64,000 nucleotides of DNA, from positions 96,001 through 160,000 of the forward strand of contig OZ243927.1 in assembly GCA_965213925.1 (NCBI GenBank). Reading direction: 5' to 3'. Shown here in pieces: positions 19,520 to 28,740 of the stretch. The stretch is from Trueperaceae bacterium. GTDB taxonomy: Bacteria; Deinococcota; Deinococci; Deinococcales; Trueperaceae. Under the pieces are notes generated by a model, which worked only from the letters and a program-made list of their open reading frames with translations, was not told the origin of the DNA and searched no databases. The position numbers and the translations under genes were made by a program. Position 1 is the first letter of the stretch; each line of letters starts with the position of its first letter.

Positions 19520-20476
19520 ATGAGGCTCGAGTTTCCCAACCTCGTCGGCGCACACTGCTCCTCATCCGCGCTGAGAAGCGTACTCGCCTATGATGGTATA
19601 GAGATGTCCGAAGCGCTGACCTTTGGCTTGGGGAGTGGTTTGGGTTTTTTCTATCTGGAAGAACCCAACGGAAGCCCAACCCGCCGCTTCAACGGACGTG
19701 CGCCCGACTTGGAGGGCAACTTTTACCGCTTGGTAGGGAATCCTATTCGGTGGGCAGAGGCTTGGCAACCGGACCTTATCACCGAATCGCTAGCAGCAAA
19801 CCGTCCTGTTTTGGCGCAGACCGATATTCACCCGATTCCCTACTACGACGACGCGCACTTTACGGGGCACGGACTTGTCGTCGTCGGTTTAGAAGGTAAA
19901 GAGGTCTTGACGGCAGATATTGCGGCGGAGGGGTTCTCGAGCATGACCCTCAAAAACTTTCGCGCCGCCGTCGCAGAGAGCCGTCCACCTCTGCTCGAGC
20001 CCTACCACTACGCCCCTGCGCCTAAAATTCAAGAGGTTGATGTGGCTACACTTGCACCTCTAGCGATTCAAAAGACTGTTGAGTACATGTTGGAGCCTCC
20101 CTCGGACCATGAAGGGCTCGCCGGGCTCCGCCGCTTCGCCGCCGACTTGCCCAACTGGACTGAGTTGCCCGACCTTGCCTGGGCAGCGCGGTACGGCTAT
20201 CAAGGTATTGAAAAACGCGGCACGGGCGGCGGGGGCTTTCGGCTTTTGTACCGCGACTTTTTGGGAGAGGTCTCCCCTGTTTTAGAACTTGGTAAGGACC
20301 TCATCACGGGTTTTGAACGTTCGGGAAACCTCTGGACTAGCTTAGCGCAAGAACTCAAGGCCGTTTCGTTCGCTCAAGCGGATGAGCAAGCTGCGCACCT
20401 CATTAGGGCGAGTCAGGTCGCAAGGGAGATTGTGGGGCTCGAGAAAGGCCTCTTCACCTCTTTGGGTCGTTTTTGA
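19520..20476 (+). CDS. BtrH N-terminal/DUF4872 domain protein
   Basis: HC..SALR, SEA..FGLGSGLGF, HF.GH..VVVG, EKRGTGGGGFR.LY..FL. Confidence 0.8.
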   Translation: MRLEFPNLVGAHCSSSALRSVLAYDGIEMSEALTFGLGSGLGFFYLEEPNGSPTRRFNGRAPDLEGNFYRLVGNPIRWAEAWQPDLITESLAANRPVLAQTDIHPIPYYDDAHFTGHGLVVVGLEGKEVLTADIAAEGFSSMTLKNFRAAVAESRPPLLEPYHYAPAPKIQEVDVATLAPLAIQKTVEYMLEPPSDHEGLAGLRRFAADLPNWTELPDLAWAARYGYQGIEKRGTGGGGFRLLYRDFLGEVSPVLELGKDLITGFERSGNLWTSLAQELKAVSFAQADEQAAHLIRASQVAREIVGLEKGLFTSLGRF

Positions 20477-20635
20477 GTCGTTCTCTAACCCTGTAGAGGT
20501 CACGCTCGAGCCTCCTCCCGCTAGTTCCTGAGGACCAGAAAGATACCCTTACGCCAGTACCTATCAGCAGAGAACATCTGCCCTTGTCCCTCACGCTCTT
20601 GTGTACGCGCACAAAGGTAGGTATGCTAGGGCTTC

Positions 20636-21547
20636 ATGAGCGTAAGTGTCATCCTCGTCACGAATGTGGGTCAGGGCTTCGGCAGAGCCGTCGCGCTCGC
20701 CTACGGGCAAGCCGACTACGACGTGGTTTGCGCCGACAGGGACGTAGACTTAGCCTCTAAAACGGCGGCTGAAATCGAGGAGTTGGGCGGTCAAGCCATC
20801 CCCATCCAAGCCGACATGACCAGCCAGATGGACGTCAAAGCCGCCTTCGACAAGGTATTTGAAATCTTTGGGGACCTAACGGGCGTGGTGCATGTGGCGA
20901 GTTTCGAGAGCAACACGCGCTTTCGTGACCTGGGCGAAGGGGAGTTCGGCGAGCTGTTGGACGAAAACTTCAAGAGCACTTTTTTAGTCCTTAAAACCGC
21001 CGCGCGCATCCTCAATGAGAGTTGGCTCGTCTTGGTTGCGCCGCCCCGCAACGCCGTCGAGCCGCACATGGTGGCGGTGCGCGGCGCGATCACGCGCATG
21101 GCGGCGGGCTTCGAGTCGCGCTACGACAACTTGAATGTCAATGTCGTGGTGCCGTCGCGCTCGGCGTCGGACCCCAAACACGACGCGCCCCTGGTGCAAA
21201 ACGTGCTGTATTTGGGCTCGAGGCAAACGGGCCTCTCCGGTCACAGGCTCTACGTCGAGCTGCCCCCGCCCCCCAAGGTCATCGAATCGCTCCTGCCCGA
21301 AGTGCGCGCCGCACTCGACGAAAACGTGCGCCAAGATGACTTAGAGGCGAGTCTGTTCGAAGAGGACGACGATATAGAGGATGATTTGGGAGATGAAACG
21401 GGCTACGGCGAAGACGACTTCCAAGACGAGGATTTAGAGGACACTGACGATTTGGAAGAAGATTTAGAGGACACCGACGACATCGAGGACGAAGACCCCG
21501 AGATGGAGCGCTACTACTTCTCGCTAGGTACGGAAGAGATATCGTGA
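20636..21547 (+). CDS. Atypical SDR-fold protein with long acidic C-terminal tail
   Basis: Rossmann start VTNVGQGFGRAVA, IQADMT; lacks YxxxK; final ~60 aa D/E-rich. Confidence 0.75.
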   Translation: MSVSVILVTNVGQGFGRAVALAYGQADYDVVCADRDVDLASKTAAEIEELGGQAIPIQADMTSQMDVKAAFDKVFEIFGDLTGVVHVASFESNTRFRDLGEGEFGELLDENFKSTFLVLKTAARILNESWLVLVAPPRNAVEPHMVAVRGAITRMAAGFESRYDNLNVNVVVPSRSASDPKHDAPLVQNVLYLGSRQTGLSGHRLYVELPPPPKVIESLLPEVRAALDENVRQDDLEASLFEEDDDIEDDLGDETGYGEDDFQDEDLEDTDDLEEDLEDTDDIEDEDPEMERYYFSLGTEEIS

Positions 21548-21571
21548 GGGACGTGCGATGAGAGAAACCCT

Positions 21572-22030
21572 GTGAAGTGCCCCTACTGCTCGTCCTTGGA
21601 GACGCGCGTCGTCAACTCGCGCCCCTCCGACGAGGGCAACGCCATCCGGCGGCGGCGCGAATGCACAGTCTGTAGCCGCCGCTTCACCACCTACGAACGC
21701 GCCCAGTTCGAAGCCCTGATGGTCACCAAGCGCTCCGGGCGGCGTGAGGCGTTTAACCCCGACAAGCTCCTGGACAAACTCCGCATCGCCTGCAACAAGC
21801 GCCCCGCCACCGAAAAGCAGCTTAGAGAGTTCGCCTACACCTTCGAAGACACCGTGCAAAGCCCCGAAATCGGCGCGGAAGAGATCGGCGTTCGCGCCCT
21901 CAAGTTTCTAAAGAGCTTAGACGACGTCGCTTATATCCGCTTCCTGAGCGTCTACCGCGACTTCGACTCGGTGGATAGGTTTATCGAAGAAATTAAGCAG
22001 CTGGAGGGGTTGTCTGTAGAATCTAGCTAA
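21572..22030 (+). CDS. nrdR: Transcriptional repressor NrdR
   Basis: KCPYC..RRRRECTVC..RFTTYE zinc ribbon, ATP cone, VAYIRF.SVYRDF. Confidence 0.97.
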   Translation: MKCPYCSSLETRVVNSRPSDEGNAIRRRRECTVCSRRFTTYERAQFEALMVTKRSGRREAFNPDKLLDKLRIACNKRPATEKQLREFAYTFEDTVQSPEIGAEEIGVRALKFLKSLDDVAYIRFLSVYRDFDSVDRFIEEIKQLEGLSVESS

Positions 22031-22530
22031 TCTGCAACCTCCAACTGCTTGCGGTGATGCGCCATGTGCAAGCTCGCCGCCTGCACCCACTGTAGGGCGT
22101 CTAAGTCACCAAAAACAGGATGAAATATCGTGCGCTCATGCCATGTGGACGTTTTGTCCACCTCTTGCAGATGGCGCGCTCTCACCTCTTTCCATTTAGG
22201 CAACAGCGCTTCTAAGGGTCGCGGCTCGCCAGGTAAGGCGAACTCGGGCGATTGAATTTTCCCGTTCTCGATGTTGGCGGGTTTTTTGGGCATCTCGGGC
22301 AGCGGCGCGTCGCGGCGCAAGAGGTAGAGCACCTTGCTCATCGAGACGTTCGTCTTCAAGACGTGCTCGAAAATCTGCGCGGGGCTCCACGCCTCGGGGC
22401 GTAGCGGCACCGTCCAGCGCTCCTGTAAAGAGGTCTGAACCCCTTCAAAGGCGTCGAATTCGTGCACGAGAACCGCCTTCGCCTCTTCGGGGTCCAAACC
22501 GAAATGGGATAATGCGTCTTTATTGGGCAT
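22027..22530 (-). CDS. DinB/YfiT-like four-helix bundle protein
   Basis: WSPAQIFEH, HPVFG, H..HH..Q metal motif. Confidence 0.85.
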   Translation of the reverse strand: MPNKDALSHFGLDPEEAKAVLVHEFDAFEGVQTSLQERWTVPLRPEAWSPAQIFEHVLKTNVSMSKVLYLLRRDAPLPEMPKKPANIENGKIQSPEFALPGEPRPLEALLPKWKEVRARHLQEVDKTSTWHERTIFHPVFGDLDALQWVQAASLHMAHHRKQLEVAD

Positions 22531-22578
22531 GGGGGAGTTTACCGTGAAAAGAGATGAGGTAGCGGCGTTGTTCCAATA

Positions 22579-22693
22579 AGCAATGAGTGAAAATCTTTAG
22601 ACTCACCGTTCGTTCCTTCGGCTAGTGGGAGCGTATGCGACTGTACTGCGTAACCAGCTCGACTGGATTGCTTTCAACTCGTTGCTCATTGCT
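22579..22693. repeat. GCAATGAG/CTCATTGC intergenic repeat, copy D (with insertion)
   Basis: AGCAATGAGTGAAAATCTTTAGACTCA[insert]TTGCTTTCAACTCGTTGCTCATTGCT. Confidence 0.8.
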
Positions 22694-22750
22694 TCATTTT
22701 GGGTTAAGCGGTTGACGGTAAAGAGGTCGAAACGCCGCTAAGCTAACGCT

Positions 22751-24016
22751 ATGAGACAGCTCGTTTGTATGATGATTTTCCTTTTAGGAAGCACCTTGGC
22801 GCAGAGCACGCTCGAGAGCGCGTTTAGACGCCTCAGTACGAATACAGAACGCGCCAACATCCCCTTAGAAGAGGTCTTGAGCGGTGGTCCTCCCCCGCAG
22901 GGCATCCCCGCGCTCGGCTTTGGCGGAGATTGGCAAGAGGTCGCGTCCGCGTCCGAAGCGCCTGCGTTCGTCTCGCAGGACGAGGCGGCGGGGTGGTTGG
23001 AGCCCCAAGAGCCCGTCGCCCTACTCTCGTTACGAGACAACGCCAAGATCTACCCGCTACAAATTTTGACCTGGCACGAGATCGTCAACGACACCTTAGG
23101 TGATGTGCCCGTCGCCGTGACCTTCTGCCCGCTTTGCAACAGCGCTCTAGCCTTCGACCGCCGCGTTCCGCTGAGTGAAGAGGCGTTAGAGAGGGTTCAG
23201 AATCTCAACCCCGAAGCTGAAGTTGCCTCGCTCGAGCCCACCTTCATAGACGCCTACGCCGCGCAAGTCGGTGAAGAGGTCGGAGTCAGTCAGGGTTTGG
23301 AAGTCACCTTTGGCGTCTCAGGGCTTTTGTACAACTCCAACTTGCTCATGTTCGATAGCGAGACGAGCACCTTGTGGTCGCAGATTTTAGGCGAGGGCAA
23401 CGTCGGCACGCTGACCGGCACCGAACTCTTGCGCCTGCCCGCGCAAATCGTCTCGTTCGAGCAGGCACGCGAGGCGTTTCCGGACGCGAGCGTGCTCTCC
23501 CAGGACACGGGTTACCGCCGGAACTACGGACAAAACCCCTATGTCGGTTACGACGCGGTGGGCAGCCCCGCCTTTCTCTTTCGGGGCGTGACGGACGGCA
23601 GGCTCACGCCCAAAGCGCGCGTGGTGAGCGTGATTCAGGACGAGGAAACAGCGGCGTATCCCTTCGAGATTTTGTCGCAGGAGCACGTGATTAACGACGA
23701 ACTTAACGGAACACCTCTTGTGGTCTTTTGGCAAGAGGGCACGGCGAGCGCGCTGGACACCCAGAGCATCGCCCAGGGTCAGGATGTTGGCGCAGTCGGC
23801 GTTTTCGACAGGCGTTTAGGAGACCGAGACCTCACGTTCGCATGGCGAGAGGGCGCGTTCGTAGACACAGAAACAAACAGCACCTGGAACCTCTTGGGCG
23901 AAGCGGTAGCGGGAGAACTCTCCGGTGAACGCCTCTCCCCCATCGTCCACGACAACACGCTCTGGTTTGCGTGGGCAGCGTTTAAGCCGGAAACGCGCAT
24001 CTATTTGGGCGAGTGA
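22751..24016 (+). CDS. Secreted DUF3179 domain protein
   Basis: Signal peptide; YP..IL.WHEIVND, TFCPLCNS, GVSGLLYNSNLLMFD, WFAWAAF.P. Confidence 0.88.
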   Translation: MRQLVCMMIFLLGSTLAQSTLESAFRRLSTNTERANIPLEEVLSGGPPPQGIPALGFGGDWQEVASASEAPAFVSQDEAAGWLEPQEPVALLSLRDNAKIYPLQILTWHEIVNDTLGDVPVAVTFCPLCNSALAFDRRVPLSEEALERVQNLNPEAEVASLEPTFIDAYAAQVGEEVGVSQGLEVTFGVSGLLYNSNLLMFDSETSTLWSQILGEGNVGTLTGTELLRLPAQIVSFEQAREAFPDASVLSQDTGYRRNYGQNPYVGYDAVGSPAFLFRGVTDGRLTPKARVVSVIQDEETAAYPFEILSQEHVINDELNGTPLVVFWQEGTASALDTQSIAQGQDVGAVGVFDRRLGDRDLTFAWREGAFVDTETNSTWNLLGEAVAGELSGERLSPIVHDNTLWFAWAAFKPETRIYLGE

Positions 24017-24840
24017 GCTTCCAACAGTCCTACCGCCCTCGTGATGTGGATGGAGCCTTCGTCAGCAATTCGTTTCTCGAGATAGCTCCTAAACGCCTCG
24101 AGCCTTTTCGCGACCTCTTCTTTTAGTTGCTCCTTGAAGGCTTCCGACGAATTCATGGAGAGGATAAAAGCGATAAGAGGTTCTGCCTCGGTCACGAAGA
24201 GGTCATTGCTTTTCAAAAGATGGAGCGTGACCTCTCCAAAGTGCGTTTTGAACAACCTTTCCCCCTCTTCAAGCTTGAATGGTTGCGAGCCGAAGGTTTC
24301 TCTAAAGGCTCGTAAAGACACCTCATCCATGAAATGTGCAGCCAACTCGCTTAGCTCCTGCAGGTGCGCTCTGCTACTCGCCCCGATGTAGACGCGCCCG
24401 CCAGGTTTAAGCACACAGCGTATCTCTTGAAGGGCTCGGTTCGCGTCCGGAATGTGGTGGAACACTTGATTCGCCATAACCATGTCGAAGCGGTTATCTT
24501 CGAAAGGAATCTCCTGCGCGTCTATCTCTGCAAATTCGAAATGATGAGGAACGCTCTTTAGGCGCTCTTTCGCCTCTTTCAGCATCCCCGCCGAGAGGTC
24601 AGAAAGCGTGACGTCCCATCCTTCGGGGATGCGCCCTTCGTTCTCGAGCCAAAATGTACCGGGACCACAGCCTAGCTCTAACACGCGGCTCTTTTCCGGC
24701 ACGTCGTACCGGTCAAAAAGCCAGCGATGCCAATTCACTGCTCGCTCACCAAAACGCCTGTGCAGCGTGATACGGGCGTCTAAGTTCGAGGCGTCCTTGT
24801 ACTGCATCTCTCTGAGATAAGTTTGGTCTGTATAGTGCAT
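24001..24840 (-). CDS. Class I SAM-dependent methyltransferase
   Basis: VLELGCGPG, DLSAGML, IRCVLKPGG. Confidence 0.92.
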   Translation of the reverse strand: MHYTDQTYLREMQYKDASNLDARITLHRRFGERAVNWHRWLFDRYDVPEKSRVLELGCGPGTFWLENEGRIPEGWDVTLSDLSAGMLKEAKERLKSVPHHFEFAEIDAQEIPFEDNRFDMVMANQVFHHIPDANRALQEIRCVLKPGGRVYIGASSRAHLQELSELAAHFMDEVSLRAFRETFGSQPFKLEEGERLFKTHFGEVTLHLLKSNDLFVTEAEPLIAFILSMNSSEAFKEQLKEEVAKRLEAFRSYLEKRIADEGSIHITRAVGLLEAHSPK

Positions 24841-24949
24841 GAGTCATCATAAACCTCTTTAGGAAATTTCGAACTTTGCAGCGCTCGGACCTCTTCGCCG
24901 TGCAAAGCCGAACAGTCAGAGAAAATGCTTTGCTTTATACTGTTGCTTT

Positions 24950-25825
24950 ATGTCCGACGTTGCGACCAAACACCTCCCCGTACTCATCTCCACCCCGCAC
25001 TCCTCCGGCTTCGTCCCCGACGACATCTTGAGCGAGATGTTGGGCGACAGAGCGAGCGATGAAGGTTTGCGCGAGCGGTTCTTAAAGCGGCTTTTCTTCG
25101 AGGGCGACCCCTACACCGACCAGATTTTCCGGGCGGAGGGGGCGCTGCACTTCAACGCGGCGGCGTCGCGCTTTGTGGTGGACTATAACCGGCGGCGCGA
25201 CGAGAGCGGCGCGAACGGCGTCATCAAGCTCACTGACTTCAGCGCCGAACCGCTTTATCCCGAGGATTATAGGCTCAGTCACGAAGCCGCCGAAGCCCGC
25301 TTAGAAACCTATTGGGACCCTTTCCACAAAGCCATCGAACACGCCCTAGAGCGCGAAGACATCCTCTTTTTCGTGGATGGTCACGCGATGGCACCTGTAG
25401 GACCCGCCATCGGACCCGACAGCGGCAAGTTGCGCCCGGCGCTCACGCTGATTACGGGTGGCGACAAGGAGGGCAAACCCGCAACACCGGGAGCCTACAC
25501 CAGCGTAGACGCCGAGACCGCGCACGCGCTCATTGAGAGGCTCGAGCATCGCTTCAAAGGCATTATGAACGTCTGTCCCAACGTGCCGCCGCGCGCCCTT
25601 CTCAATTCGCCCTTTATGATGGCGGACATCCAGCGCCGCTACAGCAACCCCGTCTTCGCGCACCATAAACCGGGCTTTTCGCTAGAGGTCAACCGCGCCC
25701 TCTACTTGCAAGGTTGTGAGAACGGCTTCGACGAGGCGATACCGGAGCACATCGAGATGCTCAATGCGGCATTCAATAACTTTTTAGAGGACATTATTCC
25801 GCTGTTTGAGAAGCGCGGGGGGTAG
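24950..25825 (+). CDS. N-formylglutamate amidohydrolase family protein
   Basis: STPHS, D.YTD, SRFVVDYNR, YWDPFH, DGHAM, LEVNRALY. Confidence 0.85.
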   Translation: MSDVATKHLPVLISTPHSSGFVPDDILSEMLGDRASDEGLRERFLKRLFFEGDPYTDQIFRAEGALHFNAAASRFVVDYNRRRDESGANGVIKLTDFSAEPLYPEDYRLSHEAAEARLETYWDPFHKAIEHALEREDILFFVDGHAMAPVGPAIGPDSGKLRPALTLITGGDKEGKPATPGAYTSVDAETAHALIERLEHRFKGIMNVCPNVPPRALLNSPFMMADIQRRYSNPVFAHHKPGFSLEVNRALYLQGCENGFDEAIPEHIEMLNAAFNNFLEDIIPLFEKRGG

Positions 25826-25849
25826 GCTCGAGGGTTGAATAGTACGTCG

Positions 25850-25883
25850 AAAGCGGTGCAAAGGTGATTTTGCACCGCTTTTT
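25850..25883. terminator. Probable bidirectional intrinsic terminator
   Basis: AAAGCGGTGCAAA-N6-TTTGCACCGCTTT(TT) between convergent ORFs. Confidence 0.75.
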
Positions 25884-25919
25884 GTTGATGGGACTTTCAG
25901 GTCGGTGTGAGCTGTCGGC

Positions 25920-26105
25920 TCAATCTCTCTTATTGATGCCGTCCCTTTTATTGATCCCATCTCGTTTGTTGATGCCGTCCCTTTTGTTAATCCCGTCTTG
26001 GTCTTTTCCCTCCCCGCCCTTCGAGGGTTCACCCGAGTCTTTTTTCTCTTGCTTGAGAAAATCATTCTTATTTGTGGAATCAGCTTCTCTACTTTGGTCG
26101 CTCAT
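25920..26105 (-). CDS. 61-aa hydrophilic peptide with four tandem DGINKR repeats
   Basis: AAGGAG RBS 8 nt before ATG; repeats differ only at synonymous positions; terminator downstream. Confidence 0.75.
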   Translation of the reverse strand: MSDQSREADSTNKNDFLKQEKKDSGEPSKGGEGKDQDGINKRDGINKRDGINKRDGINKRD

Positions 26106-26177
26106 GCCCGGTCTCCTTAGTCTGAATTTAGAGCAAAGCTCTTTGGGTCGTGCGAAGGTCTTTCCTTCAGAAGCAGT

Positions 26178-28577
26178 CTAAACACTTACCTCTGACTGCA
26201 CCCTGAACGGGTGACTTTTAGGAAGCTGATTCTGATGCTGCTTGATGTTGTCGGGATGTCCGGTGACTTCGAAGAGATACATCGCCTCTTGCCACGCCTC
26301 GAAATCTTCGTTTAGCTCTGCAAGGTTAGCGAGTGTCGTCGCAATAACGTAGGAGTCTCCCGCTTTCTGCGCATGTTCGTACGCCTGTAAATACGCCCCT
26401 TCCGCCTCACGTAAGTCGTTCATCTTATGGCAGTCGCCCAAATTGTTCCAAGCCACAGCCATCGTCGCAGGGTCACTGACTTCCTCAGCCAAAGCGATAA
26501 CGCCTCGGTATATCTCTATCGCCCTTTCAAATTCTTTGAGGTTCTCGTACACGCACCCGAGATTGATAAGCACCATCGTACGCAACTCCGGGTTTGTTCC
26601 TGCCGCCGCCAACGCCTCCCGGTACGCTTCTTCCGCATCCTCACCTGCACTGCTCTGCGCTACCGCTGCGTTGTTGAGCGCCCCCACCCACCGCGTCTTC
26701 TTCCCGACTGCCAGCCACAACGCCGCCGCCCGCCTGAACTGCTTCGCCGCCTCTTCGTACTTACCTTTTGAGAACGCCACGTTCCCCAACACATTCTGCC
26801 CCTCCGCCCGCGCCTCGATACTCCCTTTAAGTGCGATTTCCGCCGACCTCTTCGCCTCTTGCGGATGACCCAAGCGGTAGTGAAGCGTCGCTCTAAGCGC
26901 CAGCACTTCAGGTGTTTCGGCGAGGTTTTGGATGCAGGCGAACGCTTCTTGATAGCGACCTGAGCGCTCTAAGGCGCGACCTTTCAAAAAGGTCACGGGG
27001 CGCGTGTCGGGGGCGTCTTGGAGGGTTTCAAAAGCGCGTTGCGGAAAGCCGCGACGCAAGAGTTCTTCCGCCCAGGCGAGGTACGCACTAACAACATCGG
27101 CTTCGTCCTCTTGCGCCCAAAGAGGTCTCGAGCGTTTATAGAGCGGAAACGCCTCGACGCCCGATAAGCAGCGGGCGAGTTGCAGCGACAGGGGACCTAA
27201 GCGGGTGGGGTGCGCTTCTAAGAGTTCTAGCGCGACGCGGCGCACGCGCACCTTGCCCGAAGGCTCGACGAGACCGGCGGCGAGCAAGGACTCGAGCGCT
27301 TCAGCCATCGCTTTGGCATTGAGGGACAGTGCGCGGCGCACGAGCGCGGTGTCCGGGTCGGCGTCGTCTAAAAGGGCGAGCGTCAAGTAGACCTCTTTGG
27401 CGGTGGCGGGCAGGGCGGCGAGTTGGGCTTCCAACGCTTTTTCAGGCGGTTCGCCGCGCAAGAAGGCTTCGACCAAGGCGGGAACGCCTTGGGTGTGTTC
27501 CCACGCGCCGGTGTGCTTTTCCAAAGCGCGTTCGGACAAGGGGGACAGCTCGAGCCGCATATCCACCCCGAACGGCGGGTTCTCGCGTGAGGCGATGACG
27601 AGGCGGGCTTTCGGGCGGAGGTCATGAAGCTTGCGCAGGAGCGCTTGACTGGCGGTGTCCACGTTCTCCCAGTTGTCGACCAGCCAAAAGCCCTCCAGCT
27701 TAGCCAGCGTCTGCAGCACCGCACCCTCGCCCTCTTGGAGTGTCGCGCCTACGAGGGGTTCCAGCGTCGCGTAGGGCAACCCGGAACGTCCGGGCAGGTA
27801 GGTTCCTTGCGCACTCTTGAGGAGCGCCGTCTTGCCTATGCCCGCGCCGCCGCAGACCCAGGCGCATTCGCCCCTAGCCAAGGTCAGGAGCCGCGCCGCT
27901 TCGCTCTCGCGCCCGACGAGCACGCGCTGGAGCCGCGCCCTCGCGTCGCGCGGAGAGAACACGAGCGTGACGCCGTACCCCTGCGCCTCCGCTTTAAGGT
28001 GCGCCGCTAGCGGGTGGTCGCCCGCTTGTAGAAGGAGGTAGAAGCGGCTCAGGTCTTCGGGCTCGCTCTCCGGTGCGCCGGGCAGCGTGAAGGCACGTTC
28101 AGCGCGCGCCGCCGCCCCGGTAAAACGTCCTTGGGCGGCGCCATTTTCGGCTAGGCGCAGTGCGGCATGTTGAACCCGCGCCGCGAGGTCCTCTCTCGAG
28201 GCGTAGACCCATTCCTCTAGCTCGGGGCTCCAGTCGGAGAGGTAGACGCCCTCTAGGAACGCGCCCGTGTAGAGCGTCAACGCCCGCTCTGCGTCGCCAC
28301 GCTCTAACGCTCCTAAGAGGTCCGCTACATCCGAGGAGAAGGCGGGCCATACGCGCAATTCGTCCGCTTCCAAGGTGCCCGGCGCACCCTTGCGGAGCCG
28401 ACTGAGCGCCGCCGAAAGGCTGTTCAGGTGACTGCTCGCGCTAGGCCAGAAGAGTTCGGCTAAGTAGCGCCGCTCCTTTGGACCCTCCAGGGCAAGATAC
28501 GCCAGCAACAAGAGCGGTTTGACCCGCGAAAAGTCGCCGTCCTCAAAGCGAAGCCCCCCCAAGGTCAAGAGCTTCAT
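26178..28577 (-). CDS. SARP/BTAD-like N-terminus, P-loop NTPase, TPR-repeat regulator
   Basis: KPLLLLAYLALEG..R..LAELFWP, LYTGAFL, Walker A GGAGIGKT, Walker B-like WLVDNW, TPR motifs NVLGNV/INLGCVY/NNLGD. Confidence 0.85.
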   Translation of the reverse strand: MKLLTLGGLRFEDGDFSRVKPLLLLAYLALEGPKERRYLAELFWPSASSHLNSLSAALSRLRKGAPGTLEADELRVWPAFSSDVADLLGALERGDAERALTLYTGAFLEGVYLSDWSPELEEWVYASREDLAARVQHAALRLAENGAAQGRFTGAAARAERAFTLPGAPESEPEDLSRFYLLLQAGDHPLAAHLKAEAQGYGVTLVFSPRDARARLQRVLVGRESEAARLLTLARGECAWVCGGAGIGKTALLKSAQGTYLPGRSGLPYATLEPLVGATLQEGEGAVLQTLAKLEGFWLVDNWENVDTASQALLRKLHDLRPKARLVIASRENPPFGVDMRLELSPLSERALEKHTGAWEHTQGVPALVEAFLRGEPPEKALEAQLAALPATAKEVYLTLALLDDADPDTALVRRALSLNAKAMAEALESLLAAGLVEPSGKVRVRRVALELLEAHPTRLGPLSLQLARCLSGVEAFPLYKRSRPLWAQEDEADVVSAYLAWAEELLRRGFPQRAFETLQDAPDTRPVTFLKGRALERSGRYQEAFACIQNLAETPEVLALRATLHYRLGHPQEAKRSAEIALKGSIEARAEGQNVLGNVAFSKGKYEEAAKQFRRAAALWLAVGKKTRWVGALNNAAVAQSSAGEDAEEAYREALAAAGTNPELRTMVLINLGCVYENLKEFERAIEIYRGVIALAEEVSDPATMAVAWNNLGDCHKMNDLREAEGAYLQAYEHAQKAGDSYVIATTLANLAELNEDFEAWQEAMYLFEVTGHPDNIKQHQNQLPKSHPFRVQSEVSV

Positions 28578-28740
28578 GCGCTCACTATAGCGGATTCACG
28601 TCCTTTTTTCACGTTTCAAAGGGTGAGCTAAGGCGTTTATCATCCGCTCGAGCCTCTAGCTTGACGAGAGCGAAATGCGTGCCAGCTTTTCTCCCACTTG
28701 GTGCACCGTCAAATAAAGCGGAATCCGTGTGAAATCCTCG

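Noticed and set aside
25920..26000. 18-bp tandem units as a CRISPR array
   Set aside because: No spacers, codon-structured variation, no cas genes
25864..26181. Plus-strand 105-aa ORF with LLMPS/LLIPS repeats
   Set aside because: Antisense shadow of the DGINKR ORF: repeat differences are non-synonymous in this frame but synonymous on the minus strand, which also has the RBS
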